A DNA stretch of 64,000 nt from Candidatus Marinacidobacterales bacterium (GCA_965224085.1 CBDCYI010000011.1:1056001-1120000), one strand, 5' to 3'; positions 40,126 through 50,410 are shown, counted from the first letter of the stretch. A program made the numbers and translations. The notes: generated from the sequence alone by a model not told the origin.

Positions 40126-40994
40126 TACCACTCGGCGAGCGCCTCTCCTATGGCGTGCGGGTGGTCTTCCTGGAGGTAGTGCCTTCCTTGGCCGAGGTTG
40201 ATGCTCGTCAAGTTCTTCAAGTTGATTTCGCACCATTCCACCACCGGCCGCTGGAGGATCGCGCCGGGCTCGGCGTGGAAGAGCAACTTCGGCACATCCC
40301 ACTCGACGAGCTTCTCATTGTAATTGCCGACAAGCTCCGCGATGTCCGACGGCTCACCTTCAATCGGGATCTCGTTGGGCCAGCGCCAAAGAGGCTTGCG
40401 CGATGACGGCTCCCTGTAGGGCGCGCGATAAACGTTCATCTCTTCTTCGCTGAGCTCGCGGACAATACCGCCCGGAAGAATCTTTTCGACGAAGATGTTA
40501 TTGTTGACGATCACGTCCCAACCGACGCGTTCGGTGCGGAAAGCCTGGAAGATATCCTTGAAGCTTTCGGGAAAAACGTCCCAGCTCGGGATGGGCATCA
40601 AGATCGCCTCCATAAAGGCGATGGCCTTGACGTTGTCTTGGTGGCGCGTCGCGTGGTGAAAACCGAGCGCGGAGCCCCAGTCGTGGATCACGAGCGTGAT
40701 GTTCTCGAGCTCGAGCTGCTCGATGAAGCCCTCGACATAGTTCATGTGCTCAAAAAAACGGTATTCCAGGTCGGGTTTGTCGGAGCGGCCCATGCCAATT
40801 AAATCGGGCGCGATGCAGCGCCCGCGGGCGCTCATGTGCGGGATGACGTTGCGCCAAAGGTAGGACGAGGTCGGGTTGCCGTGCAGAAAGAGAATCGGAT
40901 CGCCTTCGCCTTGCTCGACATAATGCATCTTCGAGCCCCGCACGGAGAGGAACTTGGACTCGAATGGAAAGGCGGGTGAGATCTCCTCGGGCAC
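40113..40994 (-). CDS. dhaA: Haloalkane dehalogenase (DhaA/LinB-type)
   Basis: HGNPTSSYLWRN, nucleophile motif IHDWGS, AFME, HYLQED; GTG start after a strong RBS. Confidence 0.92.
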   Translation of the reverse strand: MPEEISPAFPFESKFLSVRGSKMHYVEQGEGDPILFLHGNPTSSYLWRNVIPHMSARGRCIAPDLIGMGRSDKPDLEYRFFEHMNYVEGFIEQLELENITLVIHDWGSALGFHHATRHQDNVKAIAFMEAILMPIPSWDVFPESFKDIFQAFRTERVGWDVIVNNNIFVEKILPGGIVRELSEEEMNVYRAPYREPSSRKPLWRWPNEIPIEGEPSDIAELVGNYNEKLVEWDVPKLLFHAEPGAILQRPVVEWCEINLKNLTSINLGQGRHYLQEDHPHAIGEALAEWYQAL

Positions 40995-41066
40995 TACCGA
41001 GCCTCCTTCTCCTGAAGATAGTATAGCGTTCTGCGCGAGATGATGCGCCACCTCGGGAGGTCCGCA

Positions 41067-41225
41067 ATGCGGGTTCTGAAAATATTCGTCCTACTGTCCC
41101 TTACGAATTTCGCTTGCACGCAGAAAGAGCGCGCAGACCTTCTGTTTCACAACGGAAAAATCGTGACCCTGGACGAGGATTTTTCGACGCACGAAGCGAT
41201 CGCCGTCGGCGACGGTATAGTTTTG
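41067..41225 (+). pseudogene. Displaced N-terminus of the amidohydrolase at 38029-38587
   Basis: MRVLKIFVLLSLTNFAC...ADLLFHNGKIVTLD...AIAVGDGIVL; joins in frame to AVGGNEL when 38588-41225 is inverted. Confidence 0.8.
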
Positions 41226-41760
41226 GAACCGAGCCGGAATCGCCGCCTTGGGAGAAATCGCGGCCGCCGGTGTCGTGCTCGGTGCGCACGACGAATTGGT
41301 CGGAGAAAATCGCGAGCCCTTTTTTCTCGCCGTAGTTGACGCGGCTCGTGGCGCCCACCGTTTCGACGAGGCCTTCGGTCGTCTCCGTGGTGCGGCCGGT
41401 TTTGCGGACGCGGTCGCCGAGCTCGAAGTCACGGAATCCGCAGATATGCCCGATGGCGGGGATCTCGAGCTCGACGAGTTCCAACGAAAGCACTTCGGCG
41501 ACCGCGGCGTCGACCTTGTTGCTTTCGGCATTCGGCTCAGACGCGAAGTGAATCCGGACGAACTCGGTCAACCGCGCCACTTCGTCGCCCTCCGTGCCCC
41601 CATCTGCCGGTCCTGGCTGACGGATCGCGTCGCCCTTTTCTGCGTCGTTCGAGCTCGAGAGAATGTGGTTGTTCGCCGACGCGCAGAACTTATGACGGAC
41701 CGCTTGTCGTCGGCTACGACCTGATGAAGATTACGATTGGCGAAACCATCGAGGTGCACC
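41226..41760 (-). pseudogene. Trypsin-like (Nal1-type S1) serine protease remnant
   Basis: NNHIL, QPGPADGG, VDAA, VRKTGRTT and FSQGGDSGSV give the His-Asp-Ser triad; the 5' end is missing. Confidence 0.8.
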
Positions 41761-41839
41761 GTCGCCGCATCGTTAGCGACCGCTAGTCACCACTGATACA
41801 GGGGACTGCGGTGAGCTAATATGTCCGCGGAGGTAATTC

Positions 41840-43876
41840 ATGATGCGGTTTTCTCGGCTGGTCCTTATTACTCTGTTGCTGCCCGTGCCAGCCTCGCTCT
41901 TGTCCTGCTCCGGGATAGAGGAGCCCGAATCCGGGATCGATCTCTCGGGCTTCGACGAGACCGTGCGGCCGCAAGACGATTTCAACCTCTACGTGAACGG
42001 AGCTTGGCTCGAGAACACGTCGATCCCCGCCGACAAGACGGCGTGGGGGAGCTTTGCGATCTTGAACGAGGAAGCCGAGAAGAATCAGCGCGCGATCATC
42101 GAGGAGCTTTCGGGGCGTGACGACCTCGAAGAGGGAACCGACGAGCAGTGCGTCGGAGAGTTTTTCGCGAGCTTCATGGATACTGCGAAGCTCGACGCAC
42201 TCGGGGTCGCGCCGATTCAAAGCGATCTCGACGCAATCTTTGCCGCGGGCACCGTCGAGGAGCTCGTTCAGTTGAACGCCTCCCAGAGCATGGAGGGTGT
42301 GGGCTCGCCTCTCGCCGTCACTGTTTTTCCAGCGCTCGGAGACTCCACGCGCTACATGGTTTACCTCTTCCAGTCGGGGCTCACGCTTCCGGATCGGGAC
42401 TACTACGTGAAGGACGGGAAAAAATTCGAGGCGGTGCGCGCGGAGCTTCCCGGCTATGGCGCCAAGCTGTTCGAGCTCGCCGGCATCGACGATGCCGAAA
42501 AGCGCGGCCGTGTCGTGCTCGACCTTGAAACCCGTATCGCCGAGCCTCAATGGCCGGCAGAGGAAACACGGGACGTCCGGAAGCTCTACAACGTATTCGA
42601 TATTGCTGATTTGAGCTCCGCGACCGAGAAGATCGAATGGCCCGCATATCTCGCGAGCTCGGCACTCACGGATCTCGAAGATATCGTCATTGCTCAGCCG
42701 TCTTATGTCGCGGCGCTGGGTGGGCTGTTCGAGGAGGCTTTACTCGAGGATTGGCGGGCCTATTTCGCTTTTCGCGTGCTTGATGCGGCGGCGCCCTATC
42801 TATCCGACGATTTCGTGCAAGCGCGTTTCGCCTTTCGCGGCAAGCTCATCGCGGGACTAGAGGAGATTCCGCCCCGATGGCAGCGCGGTGTGCGCAACGT
42901 TAATCAGCTCATCGGTGAAGCCGTCGGCAAGGTCTATGTCGCGCGCCATTTCCCGCCCGAGTCGAAAGCGAGGATGGAACAGCTCGTCAACAACTTGATC
43001 GAAGCGTTTGGCGAAGGCATCGACGAGCTCGATTGGATGACCGACGAGACCAAAGCGCGCGCCCAAGAGAAGCGCGGAAAGTTCACCTACAAAATCGGCT
43101 ATCCCGACCGGTGGCGGGACTATTCACTCCTTTCCATCGATAGCGACGATCTCATCGGCAACATCAAACGCGCCAACAGCTTCGAGTATCAGCGGAACAT
43201 CAACAAACTCGGCGGCCCCATCGACCGCACCGAGTGGGGGATGACGCCTCAAACCGTCAACGCCTATCACAACCCGACGATGAACGAGATCGTCTTTCCA
43301 GCCGCTATCCTGCAGCCACCTTTCTTCAATCCCGCGGCCGACGAAGCCGTAAATTATGGCGCGATTGGCGCGGTCATCGGCCATGAGATGGGCCATGCTT
43401 TCGACGACCAAGGCCGGAAGTTCGATGGTGACGGGAACTTGAACGATTGGTGGACGGAAGAAGACAGCGCCGCTTATGAGGAGCGTTCCGCGAAGCTAGT
43501 AGAGCAGTACGATGCTTTCGAAGCACTTCCGGATCTCCACGTCAACGGCCAGCTTACGCTCGGCGAGAACATCTGCGATCTCACAGGGGTCACGATCGGC
43601 TACCGCTCCTATGTGAAGTTCCTCGGAGGCGTCGAACCGCCCGTCATCGACGGCCGCACGGGGGCGGAGCGCTTCTTTCTCGGCTACGCTCAGGTCTGGC
43701 GGGCGAAATATCGTGAGGAGATTCTGCGGCAGCGTCTTGTGGCCGACCCGCATTCCCCGCCGGACTTTCGTGTCATCGGTCCGTTGAGGAACTCCCCCGA
43801 TTTCTACGAGACCTTCGGCGTAAAAGAGGGCGATGCCATGTGGCTCGAGCCCGAACAACGCGTGAAGATCTGGTAA
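41840..43876 (+). CDS. M13 family metalloendopeptidase (PepO/neprilysin-like lipoprotein)
   Basis: RPQDDF, VNAY, GAVIGHEMGHAFDDQG, GENICD, DPHSP. Confidence 0.94.
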   Translation: MMRFSRLVLITLLLPVPASLLSCSGIEEPESGIDLSGFDETVRPQDDFNLYVNGAWLENTSIPADKTAWGSFAILNEEAEKNQRAIIEELSGRDDLEEGTDEQCVGEFFASFMDTAKLDALGVAPIQSDLDAIFAAGTVEELVQLNASQSMEGVGSPLAVTVFPALGDSTRYMVYLFQSGLTLPDRDYYVKDGKKFEAVRAELPGYGAKLFELAGIDDAEKRGRVVLDLETRIAEPQWPAEETRDVRKLYNVFDIADLSSATEKIEWPAYLASSALTDLEDIVIAQPSYVAALGGLFEEALLEDWRAYFAFRVLDAAAPYLSDDFVQARFAFRGKLIAGLEEIPPRWQRGVRNVNQLIGEAVGKVYVARHFPPESKARMEQLVNNLIEAFGEGIDELDWMTDETKARAQEKRGKFTYKIGYPDRWRDYSLLSIDSDDLIGNIKRANSFEYQRNINKLGGPIDRTEWGMTPQTVNAYHNPTMNEIVFPAAILQPPFFNPAADEAVNYGAIGAVIGHEMGHAFDDQGRKFDGDGNLNDWWTEEDSAAYEERSAKLVEQYDAFEALPDLHVNGQLTLGENICDLTGVTIGYRSYVKFLGGVEPPVIDGRTGAERFFLGYAQVWRAKYREEILRQRLVADPHSPPDFRVIGPLRNSPDFYETFGVKEGDAMWLEPEQRVKIW

Positions 43877-43900
43877 TCAAGACTCGACGGTCGTGCTGCA

Positions 43901-44986
43901 ATGCGCATTCTCCACCTAAGCGATCGCCTGACCGATCGGGGCGGTGCGTACTGGCACTTGTTCGGGGTGATCGCGCACCAGGTAGGCGAGCACTACGTGC
44001 GGCTCGCGGTAGGGCTCGATGATGGCCGTGTCGCTGCGCCGTGCGAAACGCTGCAGGTAGAGGGACTCGACGCGCGGGATCGAGCCTCTGTTGCCTTGTC
44101 GGATGTCGTGCGCACGTTCGCGCCCGACGTCATTCACGTCCACACCGTGATGAACCCAGAAGCTCTCGAACAGGTTGGTGCCTTGCGCTCCGTACGGAAG
44201 GTGCTCACCGTTCAGGACCATCGCTACTTTTGCCCGGGGAAAGGGAAGTGGACCGAGGGCGGCGAAGTCTGCGCGGAGCCGATGACGGAGATGCTCTGCC
44301 AGAAATGCTTTCACGATGATCGCTACTTCCACGAGATCCTTGCCTTGACAGCCACTCGGCTCGGCGCACTCAGTGCCTTCGAGCTCGTCGTGCTCTCGCG
44401 CTACATGAAGCGCGAGCTCGAAGCGGTCGGCTTGTCATCGATTACGGCGATCCACGTCATCCCTCCTTTCGTGCACGGTCTCGATAGCGATACCGTGAGC
44501 GATGACGGCCCGGCTTGCATCCTCTTCGTCGGACGGCTCGTCGGGTCGAAAGGTGCTCTTGATGCCATCGAAGCGTGGAAGCGCGCGCGGCTCGATCTGC
44601 CGCTCGTGATGGCCGGGACAGGACGTCTGCGCGGCGTGATGGATGGTTGCGACGTGCTCGGCTGGGTGCCGCACGATCGTCTTGGCGCGCTCTACCGCCG
44701 CGCCGCCGCCGTTGTCATGCCGTCCCGGTGGCAAGAGCCTTTCGGAATCCTCGGGCTCGAAGCCATGACGATGGGAACTCCCGTCGCCACGTGGGACAGT
44801 GGCGGCGTGCGCGACTGGCATCCCGATCCCGTAGCCTGGGGGGATTTGGACGCGCTAGCGGCTACGCTCCGCGAGGTTGCGGGGCGAAACACGGAAGCAC
44901 CCGCGGGGTTCGAGCCCGAGCGACTGATGTCGCGCTTGCTCGATGTCTATCAAGGAGCGGGAACACACGGGGGCGTGGATTCGTAG
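43901..44986 (+). CDS. Glycosyltransferase family 4
   Basis: ILFVGRL, KG, PSRWQEPFGILGLEAM. Confidence 0.9.
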   Translation: MRILHLSDRLTDRGGAYWHLFGVIAHQVGEHYVRLAVGLDDGRVAAPCETLQVEGLDARDRASVALSDVVRTFAPDVIHVHTVMNPEALEQVGALRSVRKVLTVQDHRYFCPGKGKWTEGGEVCAEPMTEMLCQKCFHDDRYFHEILALTATRLGALSAFELVVLSRYMKRELEAVGLSSITAIHVIPPFVHGLDSDTVSDDGPACILFVGRLVGSKGALDAIEAWKRARLDLPLVMAGTGRLRGVMDGCDVLGWVPHDRLGALYRRAAAVVMPSRWQEPFGILGLEAMTMGTPVATWDSGGVRDWHPDPVAWGDLDALAATLREVAGRNTEAPAGFEPERLMSRLLDVYQGAGTHGGVDS

Positions 44987-44994
44987 ATAGGTAC

Positions 44995-45525
44995 ATGGAA
45001 TCGGTGTTGGTCGACGTCAAGCTCGCCGTCCGGAGCTTTCTCAAAAGCCTGGCTTTCTCGCCATTACGATCCTGACCTTCGCGCTCGGCAACGGGGCGAA
45101 CACGGCAATCTTCAGCGTCGTGCACGGCGTGATCCTGGCGCCGCTCGGCTATGAAGACGAGGCGCGCCTCGTAGCGGTCTCGTCCGTGAACCCGTCCGAA
45201 GGCCTCGAGTTCCGCGGCAACTTCCTTCCCGATTTCTGGTATTGGCGCGAGAACAGCCGCGCTTTTGACGAAATGGCCTTCCACGGCTGGCGCGCATGGA
45301 CGCTTCAAGAGCCCGGTCACGTGGAGCGCGTCGAATCGGTGGCGGTGTCGGCAAACTTGTTCGGCATGCTCGGCATCGAGCCCGCGCTCGGCCGCGGCTT
45401 CGAGCCGGAAGACGAGATCCCAGGGCCTGGCCGCGTTGTGCTGCTGAGCTTCAGCCTATGGCAGCGCGTCTTCGGAGGCGACGCCTCGGTGCTCGGTCGT
45501 TCCGTGAACCTCGATGACGGGCCGT
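44995..45525 (+). pseudogene. N-terminal remnant of an ADOP/MacB-like ABC permease
   Basis: DVKLAVRSF / ALGNGANTAIFSVVHGV...PALGRGF...LWQRVFGGD; frameshifted and truncated. Confidence 0.8.
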
Positions 45526-45688
45526 GTCTTTCCTTCTTCAAAAGCTGCGTCATGTGCTCTTTTGTTCGACGCCGACAACGATTTGGACTTCGATTTGGCG
45601 CTCATTGACGAGATCGCGGACGAAGTTCTCATCATGATTCATCGCGGTGCCGCTAGTGAAACCGCGCATCGCCCCGTACAATAACTAG

Positions 45689-46561
45689 ATGTTTTCCTTT
45701 CTTCTCGCTGCTCTTCTTGCAGCGGTTGCCGATGACGGTGGGGCTCGGGTGCGCACACTGGATTTGCACGACGAGCTACCTTCGCGCGGCCGGCTGGGGG
45801 GCGTGACCGTCGATGCACGCGGCTTCATCTATGTGTCGGACTTCGGAAGCACCGTATGGCGCATTTTGCCGGATGGTGCCGTCGAGGTTCTCGACAACTC
45901 GCTACGAGGCTCTTCCGGCAATGCGGTCGACGGTGCCGGGAATCTCTACCAAGCGAGCTTTCGGGACAACCGGATCGTTCGGATCGGCCCGGACGGCAAG
46001 CTCGAGAACTACGTGTCCAGCGGGCTCGACGGGCCCGTCGGGATTACGACCGATGGCGCCGGCAACCTCTATGTCTGCAACTGCAGCGGGAACTACATCG
46101 CCAAAGTGACGACTGATCGGCGGGTCGAGCGCTTCGCTGAGAATCCCGATTTCGATTGTCCGAACGGGATTACTTTCGACCCGAGTGGCTATTTCGTCGT
46201 CGCGAGCTTCAACACCGGCTATCTCGTGCGCGTCTCTCCGGATGGGGAAGCGGAGACCTGGCTCGAAGTGCCCGAAGGGCGTAACGCGCACGTGGCGGCG
46301 ACGGAGCACGGCCTTTTCGTGACGAAGATAGAGTCGAACCGGATTTATCTCATCGACCGCGCTGGCGGGATCGCGCCGTTTGCGGGAACGGGTGAGCTCG
46401 GTCTCGAAGGTGGTCCGGCGCTTGAGGCGACGTTGTCGAGGCCCAACGGCATCGCGGTTTCTCACGATGGACGATCGCTCTATGTCAACAATCTCGATGG
46501 GCTGTGGCGTGGCGGCGAGCCTACCAGCATCATCCTCAGACGCATCGAGCTGACACGGTAA
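45689..46561 (+). CDS. Exported SMP-30/NHL-type beta-propeller protein
   Basis: Repeats GVTVDARGFIYV, AVDGAGNLY, PVGITTDGAGNLYV, PNGITFD and PNGIAVSHDG. Confidence 0.82.
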   Translation: MFSFLLAALLAAVADDGGARVRTLDLHDELPSRGRLGGVTVDARGFIYVSDFGSTVWRILPDGAVEVLDNSLRGSSGNAVDGAGNLYQASFRDNRIVRIGPDGKLENYVSSGLDGPVGITTDGAGNLYVCNCSGNYIAKVTTDRRVERFAENPDFDCPNGITFDPSGYFVVASFNTGYLVRVSPDGEAETWLEVPEGRNAHVAATEHGLFVTKIESNRIYLIDRAGGIAPFAGTGELGLEGGPALEATLSRPNGIAVSHDGRSLYVNNLDGLWRGGEPTSIILRRIELTR

Positions 46562-46577
46562 CGTTCGAGCGTCCGCG

Positions 46578-47687
46578 TTGTTTACTCGGGCAGGCTCGAG
46601 GCGCTATGCTCGTGGTGTGACGGCCAACCACTGGCACGTGAGTCGCGCTGTCGACATCATTGCCTATGCGTTCAGTTGGCTGCTCATCCTCGTTCCACTC
46701 GAGCTTCTGACCCATCGCGACGAGCAGGTGGTAATGCTTCTGCTCGTCGTCGGGCTGACCTTCGCTCACCGTCACTTTACGCTTCCTTACGTCTATCTCG
46801 ACCGCGAGATTTTCGATGCGCATCCGCGGCGCTTCACCTGGTTCCCCCTCGTTATGTTTGCCGGATTCCTCGTGAGCCCCGCGCTGTGGGAAAGCTCCGC
46901 CCGCTGGCTCGTTGCGGGCGTCGTCATGATCGCAGGTGCGTGGAACGTCTGGCACGTTTACATGCAGAAGTTCGGTGTCCTTCGCATGTACGCTGCAAAG
47001 AGCGGCAGTTCCATCGAAAGCCCGCGATGGGTGGACCGTCTGCTTCTATTTTGCTGGGTTCCGCTCTATCTCGTTTGGCTCGGGCCCAGCTATCGCGACC
47101 AAGTAGCGTCGAGCTTTCCAACCGTTGAGCGCTACGCGCTGCCGCTCGTCGACGCGATGACCCAGCTGCAACCCTTCTTGCTCGTGCCGGCTATTGCTGC
47201 GGTCATCGTCTGCCTCGGCGTCTTCTTGTACTTCGAGTGGAAGTCGCAGCGTCTCGCGAACGCCCCACGCCTATGGATGGCGTTCGGGACATCGCTCCTG
47301 TCGGCGTCATTTCTCTTTGTCAGTCCCGTGCGGATGTTCATGGCTTTTGCGTTCAGCCATGCCGTCGAGTACATGGTGTTCGTCTGGGCGTTTCAGAGAA
47401 ATCGATATCGCGAGCCTCTTGGACACGACCCTGCGCTCGGGCGCGCGCTCCGGCATCCGTGGCTTGCTTACGGCGTCTTCACGTTCGGCATCACGGTGCC
47501 CTATCTGTTGTTGCGCTTTTGGGGCTATTTGATCGTTCCCGAGGCGACGAACCCGACCTTTCTCGGCACGACGATCGAGCGTTGGGCATTTTACTGGAGC
47601 GTTTACCAGTCGCTCGTCCACTTCTATTACGACGGATTCTTATGGAAGATGCGCTTGCCTTCGGTGCGCCGCTACCTATCCTCGTAA
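46578..47687 (+). CDS. Polytopic membrane protein with conserved-looking His motifs
   Basis: About 9-10 hydrophobic segments; HRHFT, WHVYMQ, SHAVEY, HFYYDGFLWK. The true start may be the GTG near 46617. Confidence 0.7.
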   Translation: MFTRAGSRRYARGVTANHWHVSRAVDIIAYAFSWLLILVPLELLTHRDEQVVMLLLVVGLTFAHRHFTLPYVYLDREIFDAHPRRFTWFPLVMFAGFLVSPALWESSARWLVAGVVMIAGAWNVWHVYMQKFGVLRMYAAKSGSSIESPRWVDRLLLFCWVPLYLVWLGPSYRDQVASSFPTVERYALPLVDAMTQLQPFLLVPAIAAVIVCLGVFLYFEWKSQRLANAPRLWMAFGTSLLSASFLFVSPVRMFMAFAFSHAVEYMVFVWAFQRNRYREPLGHDPALGRALRHPWLAYGVFTFGITVPYLLLRFWGYLIVPEATNPTFLGTTIERWAFYWSVYQSLVHFYYDGFLWKMRLPSVRRYLSS

Positions 47688-47694
47688 GGAGCGG

Positions 47695-49947
47695 TTAGCG
47701 TCCGAGGCGGAGCTTGACGCCCGCCATCACCGTTCGGGGCAAGCCGGGTCGAGCGCCGGCGGGGCGACGCGCCACGATGTAGGCGTTGTTCGTGAGGTTT
47801 TGAACGCTCGCGAACACGCGCAGGTTTTCCGCGACGTCGAGCTCGCCGGAAACGTCCACCACGAAGTAAGCGTCAGTGCCTTGGCCTTTCGGAATCGGCC
47901 CCTGACCAGAAACGGTGCGCATGCGTACGCCGTAACTCGTATGGACGCCGAAAATCCAGCTATCTTCTTCGACGGCGATGGAGGCGTAGAGCTGATGACG
48001 CGGCAGATAGGGAAGCGCGTCACCGGCTTGCACGTCCCCCCACGGCTCGTAGGTGCTCTCGAAGCTCGTCAAAAAGACGGCGTCCGTAAGCGAATACGAC
48101 AAGCGTGCGGGGAAGCGGTATCGTCCCGGAACGAGCTCAGCGAAATCATAGGCGAGCGTTGCTTCGAGCCCCGTCGAGCGGGAGGCCCCGCCGTTGAAGA
48201 GATTCCCCTCGCCCTCGCCGCCGGATGACAGAGTATCCGCTCCCAAAAGGTTGCTGTAGTCGTTGTAGAAGAAAACGAGCTCGGTTGTAAGTGTATTTCG
48301 CTGTCCGCGAAAGCCGAGCTCGTAATTCACGCTCTCTTCGGATTCGGTGAACGCGTCCGCGCCGGGACCGGGAGGGCTGAAACCTTTGTGAATGCCGCCG
48401 AACAAGTTCATCCGCGGGCTCATGCGATAAGTGAGGCCGGCACCGGGAATGACGGCCGTGATGTGGTTGTCTCGGACGCGCACTGGATCGATCCGGATCG
48501 GATCGGTTTTGCCGTAGTCGGTGCGGGTCAACGCGATGGATTCGTAGCGGATCCCGGGGACGAACGTCCATCGATAGAACTGGATCTGGTCTTGGGCAAA
48601 AAACGCGAAAGCGCGCGCGTCGCTGACGCGGTTCGCCTGACTTCCGGGAGCACCCGAGCTCGTTAGATGCATACGGCTATCGAGCATCTGATAGCCGTCT
48701 TCGTGCTGGAAGCGGTCCTCCTCGTCTTCGTGATAGCGAAAGCCAAGCTCCAAGCGGTGGACTGAGGCTGACGCGCCGAAGCCCGCCACAGTCTGGACGC
48801 CCTGGGAGTAGTACTCGCGGTTATTGGCCCTGAGCGTCAGGTCGTCGGGGTCGCTCGAACCGCCTTTGGCGATGGCGAGCTCGCTCGCATGCGCTTCCGT
48901 GTCGTCGAAAAGTCTCGCGAGGCTGGTTCCGCGAATGCTCTGGAGCTTGTACCAGTTGCGCACGAAGTTGTTGCGATAGACCGTCGTCGTCACGTCGATC
49001 CCGTTCGGGACGGCGAGAAAGTGCTGTGCTTGAAATTGTTGGTGATCCCACCGGATGTTGTCAGGCTGCGAAGCGGCATAGCGCCTTACGGGGTTCGCGG
49101 CAAAATCTTCGTCCGTCAACCCGAGATAAGTCTCGTGGGAGCTCGAAGCACCCGCACCGATTTTGAGCTCGAGCGATTGGAAGATGCGTGCGTTCGGGGA
49201 GGTGTTGAAGCGGAGCTTAGACACGTAATCTTGCACGTAGAAGCCCGTGCGGTTGCCGCCGTCGAGCTCTTTGAAACCGTTCGTTCGAAGTTGATAGGTC
49301 TCGAACAGCCATCCGATATTGCGGTAGCTATCGCCGAGGTGGACATGGGCTTTGCCGGTGTTGTTCTGACCGAAGGCGAGGTCTGCGCTCAAGCGGAGAC
49401 GCGTAGGCACGCGCGTCGAAACGAGGTTCAACGCTCCACCGTTCGTACGTGGACCGAATTTGATTTGACTCGAGCCTTTGCGAACCTCGATGGACTCCAT
49501 GCGTCCGGTGACGGGGAAGTAATAGGCGGCCGGTGCGGTATAGGGTGCCGGCGCGATGAGCACACCGTCTTCCATGAGCGTGATTTTCGCGCTCCGTTCG
49601 GCGCCGCTTCCGCGCATGCCGATATTGGGCCTCAGCCCGTAACCTTCTTCTTCCTGGATGACGACGCCCGGGACTTGCCGGAGCATGCGATGGATGTCGT
49701 CGAGACCGTGTTTCTGGCGCTCGAGCTCCTCGCCTTCGAGGGCAAAGGCGGCGCCTGGGATTGTCTCGAGCGCTTTGTGGGTGCCGACGACCATGACCCG
49801 CTCGCGGATGCGGAGCGTCGCCTCTTCGATCGATTGCTCGAGCGTTTTTTCTTCGCGGTGTTCCTGGTTGGGATTGTCTTGCGCGGCGAGCGCGTTGGCC
49901 GCCGCCAGGGCAGTGAGCGTCGCGGCGGTCAAAAAGATGCGGAACAT
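47695..49947 (-). CDS. TonB-dependent receptor (FecA-like iron receptor)
   Basis: Signal peptide; plug EEEGYGLRPNIGMRG, IEVRKG, GGALN; C-terminal NLTNNAY...PGLPR; GGAGG RBS. Confidence 0.92.
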   Translation of the reverse strand: MFRIFLTAATLTALAAANALAAQDNPNQEHREEKTLEQSIEEATLRIRERVMVVGTHKALETIPGAAFALEGEELERQKHGLDDIHRMLRQVPGVVIQEEEGYGLRPNIGMRGSGAERSAKITLMEDGVLIAPAPYTAPAAYYFPVTGRMESIEVRKGSSQIKFGPRTNGGALNLVSTRVPTRLRLSADLAFGQNNTGKAHVHLGDSYRNIGWLFETYQLRTNGFKELDGGNRTGFYVQDYVSKLRFNTSPNARIFQSLELKIGAGASSSHETYLGLTDEDFAANPVRRYAASQPDNIRWDHQQFQAQHFLAVPNGIDVTTTVYRNNFVRNWYKLQSIRGTSLARLFDDTEAHASELAIAKGGSSDPDDLTLRANNREYYSQGVQTVAGFGASASVHRLELGFRYHEDEEDRFQHEDGYQMLDSRMHLTSSGAPGSQANRVSDARAFAFFAQDQIQFYRWTFVPGIRYESIALTRTDYGKTDPIRIDPVRVRDNHITAVIPGAGLTYRMSPRMNLFGGIHKGFSPPGPGADAFTESEESVNYELGFRGQRNTLTTELVFFYNDYSNLLGADTLSSGGEGEGNLFNGGASRSTGLEATLAYDFAELVPGRYRFPARLSYSLTDAVFLTSFESTYEPWGDVQAGDALPYLPRHQLYASIAVEEDSWIFGVHTSYGVRMRTVSGQGPIPKGQGTDAYFVVDVSGELDVAENLRVFASVQNLTNNAYIVARRPAGARPGLPRTVMAGVKLRLGR

Positions 49948-49992
49948 GGCTAGCTGCCTCCTCACGTTTCCGTGCACTTCTTGATTGTAAAT

Positions 49993-50011
49993 GAAAATGA
50001 TACTCAATTTC
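49993..50011. promoter_or_regulatory. Putative Fur box upstream of the TonB receptor
   Basis: GAAAATGATACTCAATTTC matches 15/19 of GATAATGATAATCATTATC, in an AT-rich patch. A second palindrome, ATGAAAT-GGG-ATTTCAT, lies at 50021-50037. Confidence 0.7.
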
Positions 50012-50059
50012 AAGATTATTATGAAATGGGATTTCATCTTCATCTTGAGCGGAACGACG

Positions 50060-50410
50060 TTCGCTGCTGGGACTACGAAGGTCCGAGCTGAACCTCGTCG
50101 GGCCTGCTTATGACGAACGTCCGGCGCGGGCGAGCTTCGTCGACCGATTGATCGAACGCATGGAGGCGCTTCCGGGCGTCGAGGGCGCTGGCGTCATCTA
50201 CGTGCTGCCGATGGCGAGTGCCGATGCGGATGCCGGATTCCTCATCGAAGGGCGCGCGCTGCCTCGGCCCGGGCTGACACCGGTGGCGTGGTACCGTCCC
50301 GTGAAGCTCATGACGCCATAGAGGCCAATGGCGGCAAGAGCTAGGGCCGATAGCGCAAAGACGACGAGGAGTGTAGTGACCACCCGCGGCTCGGCCACGC
50401 TCTGGGCGAA
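50060..50410. pseudogene. Two ADOP permease fragments joined in opposite orientation
   Basis: Plus strand FVDRLIERMEALPGVEGAG...VAWYRPV; minus strand EPRVVTTLLVVFALSALALAAIGLYGVMSF; join near 50302. Confidence 0.7.

Noticed and set aside
38580-41235. Phase-variable invertible switch
   Set aside because: No inverted repeats or recombinase, and both split genes carry additional lesions.
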